Shown here piece by piece: positions 36,104-46,476 of a stretch of DNA of 64,000 nucleotides. Source of the DNA: an uncultured Candidatus Saccharibacteria bacterium (lineage in GTDB: Bacteria; Patescibacteriota; Minisyncoccia; Phycocordibacterales; CAIRYW01); assembly GCA_964446625.1 (NCBI GenBank), contig CAYUPH010000003.1:192-64191 (forward strand). Reading direction: 5' to 3'. Below the pieces are notes generated by a model. The model did not search any database and was not told the origin of the DNA. It saw only the letters and a program-made list of their open reading frames with translations. Position numbers and translations under genes: made by a program. Within the stretch, counting starts at the first letter, position 1. Each line of letters opens with the position of its first letter.

Positions 36104-36526
36104 TTACAAGAAAAATGCTAATACGAACGCACCTGCCCAGCTAATGCTTGATACTGCGCCAGAGATAAAGAGCGGAATTTTTTCTTTTGTAGTGAGGTCT
36201 TTAAACGCTTTTTGTGTCGACACTCCAAGGAATCGCCCGATGAAAAATCCGTTTACAGTAAGTGCAAGCACAAACGCCATCTTTCCCAAAAAGGCTGGAC
36301 TGTCGTGGAGTAAATATCCACGCTTATCCCAAAAGACCAAAACCCCTGAAACGATAGTTAGAATAAGTCCCGTCCACACAAACCTGTGTGCCTTTCTAAT
36401 TTTGCTTTCCTCTACCCTCTCCACCTTTCCTCTAAACCAATTAAATCCCGCATGGTCTGCATAAAGAATAGAGATAAAAGAAACAACTACTCCAGCGATA
36501 TGAAAGAAAAAGAAAATGTCTTCCAT
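36104..36526 (-). CDS. four-TM membrane protein with His residues
   Basis: FHIAG...AHRFVWTG...KM..NG...SSISW. Confidence 0.75.
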   Translation of the reverse strand: MEDIFFFFHIAGVVVSFISILYADHAGFNWFRGKVERVEESKIRKAHRFVWTGLILTIVSGVLVFWDKRGYLLHDSPAFLGKMAFVLALTVNGFFIGRFLGVSTQKAFKDLTTKEKIPLFISGAVSSISWAGAFVLAFFL

Positions 36527-36531
36527 AGTAC

Positions 36532-37017
36532 TTACTTTGCAAGCACGCCAACTTTTAGAGAAGCAAGAATTTGCTCAGGTTTTTGCTGTCCTCCGTGCTG
36601 ATCTTCGAAAAGAGAAGTTCCGTCTTTTCCGCAGATTCTTAGGATCTTGCTTGCTCCTCCTGGATGTCGGTCAATATAGTTTGTAAGGTCGTACACTGAT
36701 CCGTTTATTGTCGTGTAGCAACTAGTTCGGTCGCTGTGTGTTGCAAGGTCTGCAAGTGTGAAAGTTTTTTGAGTTGAATTTTCTCCGGCCACCACACTTC
36801 CTCCTGTGCTTGTCTTTGTAGGAGTTGTCTCAGTTTTTTTTGTTTCTGTTACTGGTTTTACTTCCTCTTTAGGAGCGCTTGTATTTTCCTCCTCTGTTGG
36901 CACCACCTCTTCTGCAGTGTAGCTTCCACCTTCTGGAGCTTTGTCTCGCATGTTATACGCAAGTGCACCACCTCCGATTAAAACTAAAATAACGATCCAA
37001 ACAATTGTTTTGTTCAT
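36532..37017 (-). CDS. membrane-anchored cytochrome b5-like heme-binding protein
   Basis: VYDLT..HPGG...GKDGT..F..QH. Confidence 0.92.
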   Translation of the reverse strand: MNKTIVWIVILVLIGGGALAYNMRDKAPEGGSYTAEEVVPTEEENTSAPKEEVKPVTETKKTETTPTKTSTGGSVVAGENSTQKTFTLADLATHSDRTSCYTTINGSVYDLTNYIDRHPGGASKILRICGKDGTSLFEDQHGGQQKPEQILASLKVGVLAK

Positions 37018-37043
37018 ATGTTTTTTATCTGCTAATTTAATAA

Positions 37044-37994
37044 TTAATTTAAAACTCCTATCGCTCTCTTTGCCTCCGCAAGCTTCTCGTTTGCAATATC
37101 TGTCGCTTTTCTTTTTCCTTCCTCCAAGATTTCTTTGAGACTATTTTCGTCCCTTGCAATCTCTTCTCTTCTTTGCCGGAGTGGTGCGATAAATGCTTTT
37201 ATATCTGAAATAAGGGCGTCTTTGAGTGCTTTGTACTTCCCTTTGTTTTCTTCGTAGAGAGGTCTTAGCTCGTCGTCTTTTTTGAAAAGCTTATGAATTG
37301 CGTAAACATTTTGCGGAAAGCCCCCTTCTGAGTCTGTGACAATAGTGAGGACTTTCTTTTCGATTTCCTCGTCACTTGCAAAAAGCGGTATGTAGTTTCC
37401 ATAGCTCTTGCTCATTTTTCTACCATCAGTACCTGGAACAATCGCAACATCTGGAACGATTTGCTCTGTGGGAAGCTTAAAAGTTTCTCCGAATTTAAAA
37501 TTAAACTTGTCTGCTATGTCTCGAGCGTACTCAACATGCTGTTTCTGGTCCTGGCCAACTGGAACTGTATCTGGGCTGTAAAGCAAAATATCTGCCGCCA
37601 TGAGGACGGGATAGTTAAATGTACCCATTGAAACCTCTGTTCCCTTCGCTTCAGCATCTTTGTATGCGTGTGCTCGCTCCAAAAAAGGGACAGTAACAAG
37701 AGTGTCGAAAATCCATGCAAGCTCTGTGTGCGCAGAAATGTCAGACTGCTTAAAGAGTGTTACTTTTTTTGGATCTAGTCCAATCGCAAGAAGATCGATG
37801 AGGAGATTTTTTGAAAGTGTCTGCATCTCCTCTTTGTTTTGTATAAAATTGAGAGCGTGGTAGTCGGCGATCATGGCGAAAACTTCGTTTTCGCTTGAAT
37901 TCGCCATGTCTACCCATTGCTTAAGGGCACCAAAATAGTTCCCAATGTGTGGGCTACCTGTTGGTTTTATGCCGGAAAGGATTCGCTTTGCCAT
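37044..37994 (-). CDS. trpS: tryptophan--tRNA ligase
   Basis: SGIKPTG, HIGN, YPVLMAADI, VPVGQDQ, KMSKS. Confidence 0.97.
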   Translation of the reverse strand: MAKRILSGIKPTGSPHIGNYFGALKQWVDMANSSENEVFAMIADYHALNFIQNKEEMQTLSKNLLIDLLAIGLDPKKVTLFKQSDISAHTELAWIFDTLVTVPFLERAHAYKDAEAKGTEVSMGTFNYPVLMAADILLYSPDTVPVGQDQKQHVEYARDIADKFNFKFGETFKLPTEQIVPDVAIVPGTDGRKMSKSYGNYIPLFASDEEIEKKVLTIVTDSEGGFPQNVYAIHKLFKKDDELRPLYEENKGKYKALKDALISDIKAFIAPLRQRREEIARDENSLKEILEEGKRKATDIANEKLAEAKRAIGVLN

Positions 37995-38023
37995 GAGTCA
38001 ATTATATCAGAAAAGGGCACAGT

Positions 38024-39715
38024 CTACACCATGGCTTCAATACCTGGTTTTGGTGTGGCATGGAGCGCTTCGAGCTCAATATAGAAAGTAGAACCTTTTT
38101 CCTTTCCAGGAGATTCTGCCCAGATTTTGCCACGCTGAGCTTCGATAATCTTCTTGGCTACATAGAGACCGAGTCCGGTTCCCATAATATTTGCTTTTCC
38201 TGCTTCAGGAGCACGGATAAATTTCTCAAAAAGTCGAGGCATTACTTCTGCTGGAATTCCAATACCTGTGTCTTTAATTGAGATAAGAAGGTTATCTCGG
38301 TGGTTTCGCTCTATGTGAACATGAATACCTCCTTGCTTTGTATATTTTGTAGCGTTGTCGATTAGGTTTGAAATTACTTGTTTTATTTTTCCTTGATCTG
38401 CGTGAACCATGTACTCTTTTGTATTGTCAAAATCAAAAGAAAGTTTAAGGCTTGCCATTTCAACAGTTGGCATAAGTTCGTGGATTACGGATTCTGTAAG
38501 TTCTTTTAGGTTGAAATCAGAGAAATCGTACTTCATTCTACCTTGCTCAATTCGTGACACATCGAGGTAGTCTCCTACGAGAACGACGAGAGCTTGAGTT
38601 GATTTATACATTGTCTCTACCGCTTCCCTCACCTCAGGAGACAAATTTCCAAAGTCCCCTTCTAGAATAAGTGATGCGTAGCCTTTAACAGCAGTAAGGG
38701 GTCCTCGAAGCTGGTGGCTTGCAAGAGAAATGAATTCTGATTTTTGTTGGTCGAGCTCGCGCAGTCTTGCGTTTGTTTTCTCGAGGTTGGTAGTTAAATC
38801 CTGCAATTGCTCTCGTGTTTTAATCTCCTTTGCAACACTTTTAATGAGAAAGTACCCAAAAGAGATTGATAGTAAAAGATTAAAAGTGTTTAATATTTGG
38901 CTTGCTGTATCTTGGATAAAAAAGAATTGAAATGCCACGATTAAGGAAAGTGTGATAACAAGAACTTGTGCTCCAAATAATTTTATATTAAATATTTTGT
39001 ATCTTACAATCAAAAAAGCTATAACACCTATGAAAATTAAAATACCAAAAAGCCCGTATTGCTCATATGTATAATTGCCTGTTAAGTCAGAAATAAATCC
39101 AACTATATAAAAGGATCCAATAAAACTAACAAGGCCAAGAGAAAGTACTTTTGTTTGAAACTTCTCCTTTGCTTCTGCTTTTCTATAATGAAAAACTAGG
39201 AAACCGGCTGTTAAAACCATTAAAATTATTTTAAGTACGGAAACATAGTCAGCATATAAGTTTTTTTCAACAGCAATACACTCTTCAATGTTATAGGCAG
39301 TTATATTGAATTGTGAGTTGGCAAGCAGAAAAACTGGTGCGTATATAATTACTAAAAAAGCTTTGTAACGTTTCTCTAGGTCTTTATTTGTTGAGAAGAC
39401 ATATACAAAATAAAAGACAAGAAGAAAAATAAGAACACTTACAGTTTCAATAGGAGCCCAAGCTGCCATTAGCTTGCTTCCACTTATATATTGAAACCAG
39501 ATATTTAAATCAAGGAAAGACCAGATTGAGAAAGCGAGTGAAAGACTGAAAATGATTTTTGCGAGAAGAGATTTGCGGTCCTTTAAAAAAATAAAAAAAC
39601 CTAAAAGCAAGGTAAACACAGCTGTGCCAATATGCGAGTATAATAAAATTTCTTTCAAACCTCCAACATATTCTGCGCAATACTTTATGTTTTCTGCTAA
39701 GTTGTATTCAAGCAT
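38024..39715 (-). CDS. multi-TM (7TM-type) sensor histidine kinase
   Basis: About 8-9 TMs, SHQLRGPL H-box, NLIDNATKY, DTGIG, GTGLGL. Confidence 0.93.
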   Translation of the reverse strand: MLEYNLAENIKYCAEYVGGLKEILLYSHIGTAVFTLLLGFFIFLKDRKSLLAKIIFSLSLAFSIWSFLDLNIWFQYISGSKLMAAWAPIETVSVLIFLLVFYFVYVFSTNKDLEKRYKAFLVIIYAPVFLLANSQFNITAYNIEECIAVEKNLYADYVSVLKIILMVLTAGFLVFHYRKAEAKEKFQTKVLSLGLVSFIGSFYIVGFISDLTGNYTYEQYGLFGILIFIGVIAFLIVRYKIFNIKLFGAQVLVITLSLIVAFQFFFIQDTASQILNTFNLLLSISFGYFLIKSVAKEIKTREQLQDLTTNLEKTNARLRELDQQKSEFISLASHQLRGPLTAVKGYASLILEGDFGNLSPEVREAVETMYKSTQALVVLVGDYLDVSRIEQGRMKYDFSDFNLKELTESVIHELMPTVEMASLKLSFDFDNTKEYMVHADQGKIKQVISNLIDNATKYTKQGGIHVHIERNHRDNLLISIKDTGIGIPAEVMPRLFEKFIRAPEAGKANIMGTGLGLYVAKKIIEAQRGKIWAESPGKEKGSTFYIELEALHATPKPGIEAMV

Positions 39716-39722
39716 ACTACAA

Positions 39723-40496
39723 TTATATTACAACATTTAGCTTTTCAATATGTCTACCTGTCTTCTCATTATCATACGAAAGCCAATGCATATGTTTTTC
39801 AACTTCAAGGGGTAAGAGTGGGACGATTAGAGGCTTAACACCAAAAAATTTTTCTATAGCTAGTATGCTCGGAAGAACTTTAGCGTTGATAAACTCTCCT
39901 TCTTCTCGGTCTTCTAGTAAGTAGTTCTCAAATAATATTCCGTGGTATATAAATAGTGAAAGGAAATAAAAATAGTAATACCCTCCTTTTAGTCTTGTTA
40001 AGTTAAACCAACTTGTGATGTCTTTTATCTCCATTTTGGAATAGAGACCCTCTTCTTTCAGGAGATTTAGATGGAATTCTCTCAACGGCTCACCCCAAAG
40101 TGTATTAATCTCTGAAAATAGACTTCCTTCATACTCATTAAAATCAACAATTCTTTGAGAGTGAGTTTCGTATACTCCATTCTTGTTTCTTTTATAAAGA
40201 TAAAGTTTACAAAGATGATATTTGTCTGGGTTTCGTGAGACAAATTTATCATCATACTCTAAAAAGCAGGGTTTTAGGTCAATACTTGTGGCTAAGTCAA
40301 TAAAGTATTTACATTCAGTATTAGGAGTGGGAATACATCTACTAAAAAAACCATATTTCTGATCTATTTCAAGAAAAGTGGGAAAATCGTTACCAAAAAA
40401 GTCAATAATTTTTTTTCTTAGAATTGGGTCGTTTTTCCTTTTCTCCAATTCTTTTTGTGCTTCTTCAATCGTTATGTATATGTCCTCTACTTTCAT
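39723..40496 (-). CDS. uncharacterised cytoplasmic enzyme-like protein
   Basis: Co-oriented, 7 nt from the kinase start. Motifs SRCIPTPN, EYDDKF..N..K, HGILFENY, FGVKPLI. Confidence 0.8.
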   Translation of the reverse strand: MKVEDIYITIEEAQKELEKRKNDPILRKKIIDFFGNDFPTFLEIDQKYGFFSRCIPTPNTECKYFIDLATSIDLKPCFLEYDDKFVSRNPDKYHLCKLYLYKRNKNGVYETHSQRIVDFNEYEGSLFSEINTLWGEPLREFHLNLLKEEGLYSKMEIKDITSWFNLTRLKGGYYYFYFLSLFIYHGILFENYLLEDREEGEFINAKVLPSILAIEKFFGVKPLIVPLLPLEVEKHMHWLSYDNEKTGRHIEKLNVVI

Positions 40497-40500
40497 TTTG

Positions 40501-40866
40501 TTATTCAGTACACTGATCTTTTATGTTTATTATACTTCCATAACTATCTTTATTTTTGCATGTGATAATTACACAATTTCCTTCCCCTATTAAACCATCA
40601 CAGGTGAGAGGGGGGCAGTTATTATCTTCACAGAGTGGTGGTTTAGCAGCTGTTCTAAGTATGACTTTATAAAAAGTAAATTCATTGTCACAGTCTTCTT
40701 CCTCGCAGACTGCTTTAAAGCAACTTTCTTCTTGCGGATTACATTCAATACTAGAAAATAAGTAATAGTCTTTTTTTATCATAAATGTGTAGTATGAAAG
40801 ACCGCACACACAAATCGTTACAATAACAGTGATAAATATAAGAAAATTTGATTGTTTTTCTATCAT
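40501..40866 (-). CDS. Cys-rich single-TM exported protein
   Basis: N-terminal TM, CNPQEESCF..C..C and further Cys residues. Confidence 0.8.
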   Translation of the reverse strand: MIEKQSNFLIFITVIVTICVCGLSYYTFMIKKDYYLFSSIECNPQEESCFKAVCEEEDCDNEFTFYKVILRTAAKPPLCEDNNCPPLTCDGLIGEGNCVIITCKNKDSYGSIINIKDQCTE

Positions 40867-40868
40867 TT

Positions 40869-41795
40869 CTAGCTTAAAAATGTGGTTCCTATAATCATAA
40901 TAATAATAGCAAATGCTTTTTTCGCAATAGCTCCTTTTGAAATATCTTCTTCAGTAATCTTTGGAAACAGAATGGTAATGAGAATACCTAGTAGGAAAAC
41001 AAAAACAGGCTGGGCTCCATTTATCACAACATTTGCCAAGGCTAGTGTTGTAAGGAGTGAGGCGTATACAGCAAACGCATTTCCGGTGGCGGTTAAAAGC
41101 TCACTTCCAATGTTCAGAGCAAGAATACTTTTGCCACTTTCTTTTATTGATGACAAGAAGTCTTTTCGATAGTTTGATTTAAAAACAAAAAGACAAAGGC
41201 CAAATAAGAGAATGCCAAAATGTTCCCAAAAGATTGAGCTCCAAAATGTTCCTTCCTGTAAGGTTCCGTATTTGAAGAGGCTGCTGTATCCTGCAAAGAG
41301 AAATGAAGAAATAAGAGCAAAAAATATTGCTTTCTTTTTGAAACGAATTTTTCCTTCTAGATTCTTTTCAGTAGAAAGAATGAGGGCTCCAAAAACAATT
41401 AAGAATGAAGCAATGGTCTGATTTTTGGTTAGTGATTCTCCAAGAAGAAAGAAACCTTGTATATAAGCAAAGACTGAAATCATTTGAAAGAAAGGCATAA
41501 TAACTGATGTCTCATCTTCATTTAAGGCAAAGATGTAAAAGAAAATTGCTAGTGCATTTAGTAGACCAGAGAGTATAAGTATTAGTTTTTCAGTATTACT
41601 TATACTTAAAATTACTTCAGAATTTAAATAAAAAACTACAGGAATAACTATGATAGAAAAAAGAGTGGAATACAGCATAATGGATCCCACTCCCTTGCCA
41701 GAGTGTTTGAAATATTTATCAATAAGATACTTGTCAGCGTGATTGACGATACTCCAAAGTAGTGGGGCTGAAACTGCAAAAATTAACCAAGTCAT
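40869..41795 (-). CDS. EamA/DMT family transporter
   Basis: Ten TMs in two repeats; DKYL, LGESLT, QPVFV. Confidence 0.9.
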   Translation of the reverse strand: MTWLIFAVSAPLLWSIVNHADKYLIDKYFKHSGKGVGSIMLYSTLFSIIVIPVVFYLNSEVILSISNTEKLILILSGLLNALAIFFYIFALNEDETSVIMPFFQMISVFAYIQGFFLLGESLTKNQTIASFLIVFGALILSTEKNLEGKIRFKKKAIFFALISSFLFAGYSSLFKYGTLQEGTFWSSIFWEHFGILLFGLCLFVFKSNYRKDFLSSIKESGKSILALNIGSELLTATGNAFAVYASLLTTLALANVVINGAQPVFVFLLGILITILFPKITEEDISKGAIAKKAFAIIIMIIGTTFLS

Positions 41796-41842
41796 TTATT
41801 TTGTTTATAAGTTTAAGTGTAACATCTTTTGGATTAAAACAA

Positions 41843-42877
41843 CTAGGGTTTACTTTCTAACGCAAGACTTATAAGTTCATCTACAAGATCTTCTGAATTA
41901 ATACCACATTGTTGCCATAGTTTTGGGAACATACTAGAGGGAGTAAATCCCGGAATAGTATTAATTTCATTTATATAAATCTTGTTGTCTGATGTTAAAA
42001 AGAAATCCACACGAGCGAAATCTCTGCACTCAAGTACCTCAAATGTCTTTATAGCCAACTCTTTGATTCTTTGCTCAATTGTTTTATTAATTGGTGCTGG
42101 GATTAGTAACTCACTTCCCTTTTTATCAATATATTTTGCATCATAAGAGTAAAAATCATGGCGAGATATGATTTCGCCACAGATTGATGCTTTAGGGTTC
42201 TTGGTTCCAATAATCGCGCACTCAATTTCTCGTCCAGGAACATACTTTTCTATTAGTATTTTTTTATCAAACGAGAAAGCATGTGAGAGAGAAGTTTTTA
42301 AATCTGCCTCACAAGCTACTTTTGTTATACCCACTGACGATCCTAAATTTGCAGGTTTTACAAAAAAAGGAACACCTAGTTTCTTTTTTATATCTTTAAA
42401 ATTGATTAACCCTAAAGCCTCTTTCCTAAAAACTATAAAATCCGCGATGGGTAACTGACAATCCCGGAGAAGTCTTTTCATTATATCCTTATCCATACCA
42501 ACAGCTGAACCGATCACATCTGCTCCTACATGAGGAATATTAATTGTTTTGAAGAAACCCTGGATAGTCCCATCCTCTCCGTTTGGTCCATGAAGAATAG
42601 GAAAGGCAATGTCTGGTTTTTGCTTTTCTATTATACTTATTATTCCAGATAATTTCGATTTATTCCTTCTTGTTATGACAACAGATTCAAGAAGATGAAA
42701 TTCTTCTTTTGAAAAGAGTGCCCACTCACCATTTTTACTAATTCCAATAAGTGTAACTTTATATTTTTTAGTGTTAAGAGAATTAACTACAAATTTCGCC
42801 GATTTTACAGATACTTCGTGTTCTGCGGACTTGCCCCCGAACAATATTAGTACATGGATTTTGCTTTTTTTCTTCAT
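41843..42877 (-). CDS. ddl: D-alanine--D-alanine ligase family ATP-grasp enzyme
   Basis: GGKSAEHEVS, HGPNGEDG, KPANLGSSVG, FYSYDAKY, NEINTIPG. Confidence 0.93.
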   Translation of the reverse strand: MKKKSKIHVLILFGGKSAEHEVSVKSAKFVVNSLNTKKYKVTLIGISKNGEWALFSKEEFHLLESVVITRRNKSKLSGIISIIEKQKPDIAFPILHGPNGEDGTIQGFFKTINIPHVGADVIGSAVGMDKDIMKRLLRDCQLPIADFIVFRKEALGLINFKDIKKKLGVPFFVKPANLGSSVGITKVACEADLKTSLSHAFSFDKKILIEKYVPGREIECAIIGTKNPKASICGEIISRHDFYSYDAKYIDKKGSELLIPAPINKTIEQRIKELAIKTFEVLECRDFARVDFFLTSDNKIYINEINTIPGFTPSSMFPKLWQQCGINSEDLVDELISLALESKP

Positions 42878-42933
42878 ATACAGAGTTAAGTATAACAATT
42901 ACTGATTTTATTGCTAAACAAAAAGAAGAGCTT

Positions 42934-44025
42934 TTACAGCCCTTCTTTTTGGAGTTCTTCCACGATTTTCTTTTCCTGCTTTGAGAGTTTTGTAGGGATT
43001 TTGATTTTGACTCGTATGAAGAGGTCCCCTCGTCTTCCACCTGTTGGTACTCCCTTTCCTTTTACGCGAAGCACTTCTCCGAAAGATACTCCGTTTGGAA
43101 TTACGATAGTGAGCGGACCATCGAGTGTTTCAATTTGGTATTCAGCTCCTAGAATTGCATCTGTTAGTTTGACATCGAGATCCATCACGAGGTTTGAGCC
43201 CTCTTTGTGGAAGACTTTGTCTTTTTGAACATGAATTTTTACATAAAGGTCACCAGGCGCTCCGGCTGTAATGGCTTCTCCTTTGCCAGTAAAGCGAATC
43301 ATTTCTCCGTTTTCAATTCCAGCTGGAACGTCAATTCGAATATCCTCCGCGGCTTCATGAACACCTTTTCCTTTACATTCTTTGCACTTTTCTTTTGGTA
43401 CTGCTCCTACTCCGTGGCAGTCTGTACAAGTTCGAGTGGCAGCAATTTGACCAAAGATTGAGCGCTTCATTTCACGGATTGTTCCTTTGCCACCACAAGT
43501 TGCACATGAGACCATGTCTGACCCAGGTTCGGCCCGGTTTCCTTTACACCTTTCGCACACGACATTTTTATTGAGAAGAACATGCTTTTCAACACCAAAA
43601 ACAGACTCTTTGAATGTGACTTCAATATCAATAGAAATGTCCCTACCCTTTTTTTGACTTTGTCTCCTACCACCTCCTCCAAAGAAGTCTCCAAATATGT
43701 CTCCTAGGTCTTCAAAGTTGAATTCGAAACCGCCTCCTGCGCCTTGGCGAAAGCCTCCGAAGTCGAATCCTTCAAAACCTCCGAATCCACCAGCGCCAGC
43801 TCCTCCACCTGCACCAGAAAAACCGTGTCCGTATGTGTCATACTGACTTCTTTTTGCAGAGTCCGAGAGTACGCTGTACGCCTCGCTTGCTTCTTTAAAC
43901 TTCTCTTCGTTTCCCTTTCCTTTGTCTGGGTGATATTGGTGTGCCAACTTCCTGAACGCTTTTTTGATATCGTCCGCAGAAGCACTTTTTGAAACTCCGA
44001 GAATTTCGTAATAATCTTTTTTCAT
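42934..44025 (-). CDS. dnaJ: chaperone DnaJ
   Basis: J domain HPD, G/F region, four CxxCxGxG-type repeats. Confidence 0.97.
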   Translation of the reverse strand: MKKDYYEILGVSKSASADDIKKAFRKLAHQYHPDKGKGNEEKFKEASEAYSVLSDSAKRSQYDTYGHGFSGAGGGAGAGGFGGFEGFDFGGFRQGAGGGFEFNFEDLGDIFGDFFGGGGRRQSQKKGRDISIDIEVTFKESVFGVEKHVLLNKNVVCERCKGNRAEPGSDMVSCATCGGKGTIREMKRSIFGQIAATRTCTDCHGVGAVPKEKCKECKGKGVHEAAEDIRIDVPAGIENGEMIRFTGKGEAITAGAPGDLYVKIHVQKDKVFHKEGSNLVMDLDVKLTDAILGAEYQIETLDGPLTIVIPNGVSFGEVLRVKGKGVPTGGRRGDLFIRVKIKIPTKLSKQEKKIVEELQKEGL

Positions 44026-44083
44026 TTTGTTAGTAATTTAAAATTTGAAATCAAAGTCAAATAGTTCTAAGGAAAAGGATTCT

Positions 44084-44108
44084 CCGCCGCTGCCAAGGGC
44101 AGCGGCGG
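44084..44108. other. GC-rich hairpin between dnaK and dnaJ (terminator or stabiliser)
   Basis: CCGCCGCTGCC-AAG-GGCAGCGGCGG, perfect 11 bp, without a clear U-tract. Confidence 0.6.
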
Positions 44109-44133
44109 TTCCTCCCTCCTTTTTCATGGGAGT

Positions 44134-46038
44134 TTATTTATTTTCTCCCTCTTCTTTTACTTCAGCGTCTCGAGCTGCGCCTTCTTCTGGCTTTGCTTCA
44201 CCTGAAGTGTTTCCTCCGGCAGCCTCCTTTTCAGCCGCAGCTTTTTGGAGAATTTCTCCAATCTTAGATACTTCCATTTCAAGCTCAGTGCTCGCTTTCT
44301 TTATTACCTCAAGATCGCTTCCTTCCTTCGCTTTCTTTGCCACGTCTATCTTGTCCTGAATGGCTTTTTTTGTTTCCTCTGGCACTTTGTCTCCGTGATC
44401 ACGAAGAGATTTCTCTGCAAAGTAGATTCCTTGCTCTGCTGTGTTTCGAGTTTCAACTTCTTGCTTCTTTTTCTCGTCGGCAGAAGCGTTCATCTCCGCA
44501 TCTTTTTTCATCTTTTCGATTTCAGCGTCTGTGAGCCCTGAACTTGCTTCAATTCGGATTGATTGCTCTTTGTTTGTGGCCTTGTCCTTTGCTTTTACAT
44601 TTAGGATTCCGTTCGCATCAACATCGAATGTAACTTCGATTTGTGGAATTCCTCGTGGCGCTGGTGCAATACCGTCGAGGACGAATCGCCCAAGGCTTTT
44701 GTTGTCAGATGCCATTGATCGCTCACCTTGTACAATATGGATTTCTACCGAAGGCTGGTTGTCGCTTGCTGTTGAAAATGTTTGAGACCTACTTGTTGGA
44801 ATTGTAGTGTTCTTCTCAATAAGCTTTGTTGCAACACCTCCCATAGTTTCGATTCCAAGAGAAAGTGGGATTACATCAAGAAGAAGGACATCCTTCACAT
44901 CTCCCGCAAGGATTCCTCCTTGGATAGCAGCCCCGAGCGCTACTACTTCGTCTGGGTTTACTCCCATATGAGGCTCCTTTCCAAAGTAGTCCTTCACTGC
45001 CTTTTGAAGTGCGGGCATTCGTGTCTGACCTCCTACAAGAATCACTTCGTTTATGTCTCCTACTTTAAATGGAGATGCTTCAAGAGCTCGCTTTGTGATT
45101 GCCATAGCTTTGTCGATAAACTCTGCTGTAAGCTCTTCAAGCTTTGCTCGTGTAAGTGTAATGAGAAGGTGACGAGGTCCAGATGCGTCAGAAGTAATGA
45201 ATGGAATATTTACCTCAGTTTGCACAGAAGTTGAAAGCTCAATCTTTGCTTTCTCTGCAGCTTCATCAAGTCGCTGAAGAGCTAGTGCATCGCTTCTAAG
45301 GTCAATTCCTGATTCTTTTTTGAACTCGTCAGCTAGGAAGTTTATGATTTTTTGATCAATATCCTTTCCTCCAAGGTGAGCGTCTCCGTCAGTTGATTTT
45401 ACTTCAACAACGTCGTCCCCTACTTCAAGGATAGAAATATCGAATGTTCCTCCTCCGAAGTCGAAGACTGCGATTTTCTCGTCTTTCTTTTTGTTGAATC
45501 CGTATGCAAGAGCTGCTGCTGTCGGTTCGTTAATGATTCGCTTTACATCAAGGCCTGCAATTTTTCCTGCGTCTTTTGTTGCCTGTCTTTGTGCGTCGTT
45601 AAAGTATGCAGGTACTGTGATAACTGCTTCTGTTACAGGTTCTCCAAGACGAGCTTCCGCATCTGCTTTTAGTTTCTGGAGGATCATAGCAGAAATCTCT
45701 TCTGGTCTGTTCCACTTTCCGCCCATTTTTACTTCAATACCTCCAGTGCTTCCCTTTTGCATTTCGTAAGGCACTGACACCTTATCTTTTTGTACTGCGC
45801 TTTCGTCAAAGTTATGCCCGATAAAACGCTTGATTTGATAAACAGTGTTCTTTGGGTTTGTTACTCCCTGTCTCTTAGCGAGGAGTCCTACAATTTTTTC
45901 TCCTGTTTTGCTTTCAGCAACAATAGAAGGTGTTGTTCGAGCTCCTTCTGCGTTCTCGAGGATAGTTGGGTCCCCTGCTTTCATTACAGCAACAGCAGAG
46001 TTTGTTGTTCCAAGATCGATTCCAATTATTTTAGACAT
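44134..46038 (-). CDS. dnaK: chaperone DnaK
   Basis: [35 protein letters not shown]. Confidence 0.99.
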   Translation of the reverse strand: MSKIIGIDLGTTNSAVAVMKAGDPTILENAEGARTTPSIVAESKTGEKIVGLLAKRQGVTNPKNTVYQIKRFIGHNFDESAVQKDKVSVPYEMQKGSTGGIEVKMGGKWNRPEEISAMILQKLKADAEARLGEPVTEAVITVPAYFNDAQRQATKDAGKIAGLDVKRIINEPTAAALAYGFNKKKDEKIAVFDFGGGTFDISILEVGDDVVEVKSTDGDAHLGGKDIDQKIINFLADEFKKESGIDLRSDALALQRLDEAAEKAKIELSTSVQTEVNIPFITSDASGPRHLLITLTRAKLEELTAEFIDKAMAITKRALEASPFKVGDINEVILVGGQTRMPALQKAVKDYFGKEPHMGVNPDEVVALGAAIQGGILAGDVKDVLLLDVIPLSLGIETMGGVATKLIEKNTTIPTSRSQTFSTASDNQPSVEIHIVQGERSMASDNKSLGRFVLDGIAPAPRGIPQIEVTFDVDANGILNVKAKDKATNKEQSIRIEASSGLTDAEIEKMKKDAEMNASADEKKKQEVETRNTAEQGIYFAEKSLRDHGDKVPEETKKAIQDKIDVAKKAKEGSDLEVIKKASTELEMEVSKIGEILQKAAAEKEAAGGNTSGEAKPEEGAARDAEVKEEGENK

Positions 46039-46107
46039 AGATTAAATAATTACAAATTACTAATTAGCAATTACGAATGAAGTTTATTCGTAATTTAGAA
46101 TTGGTAA

Positions 46108-46404
46108 TTATTTTGTCGGTGCCCTCGGTTTAGAACCACTAACGTAAATATTTGTACTATATGGAGAAACGATATTTTGCTTCGCTACTTTTGCTTTTTT
46201 GTAGACCGGACAAATTTGCTGTTTAGGTGTGTCTAGAAGGAGGACACTTGGAGCAGACTCTTCGATTTTACCAAGTTCAGTAACACTTATAACCTCAGCT
46301 TTTTGTTTTCCGAATTCATTTGAGACAGCAAAAACTACTCGGTAGACAATACCGTCTCGGGCAATCACTTTTTCGAAAATGTGTTTTCGTGAGGTTGTAA
46401 GCAT
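46108..46404 (-). CDS. hypothetical protein between grpE and dnaK ending in KPRAPTK
   Basis: 98-aa ORF with its own TGATATAAT upstream; small beta-rich N-terminal part. Confidence 0.7.
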   Translation of the reverse strand: MLTTSRKHIFEKVIARDGIVYRVVFAVSNEFGKQKAEVISVTELGKIEESAPSVLLLDTPKQQICPVYKKAKVAKQNIVSPYSTNIYVSGSKPRAPTK

Positions 46405-46476
46405 TGCTTTTAGGTCAACAAATTATATCAAAAATTTACACCTGTAAATAATTGACAAAATATATATTCTATTGTT

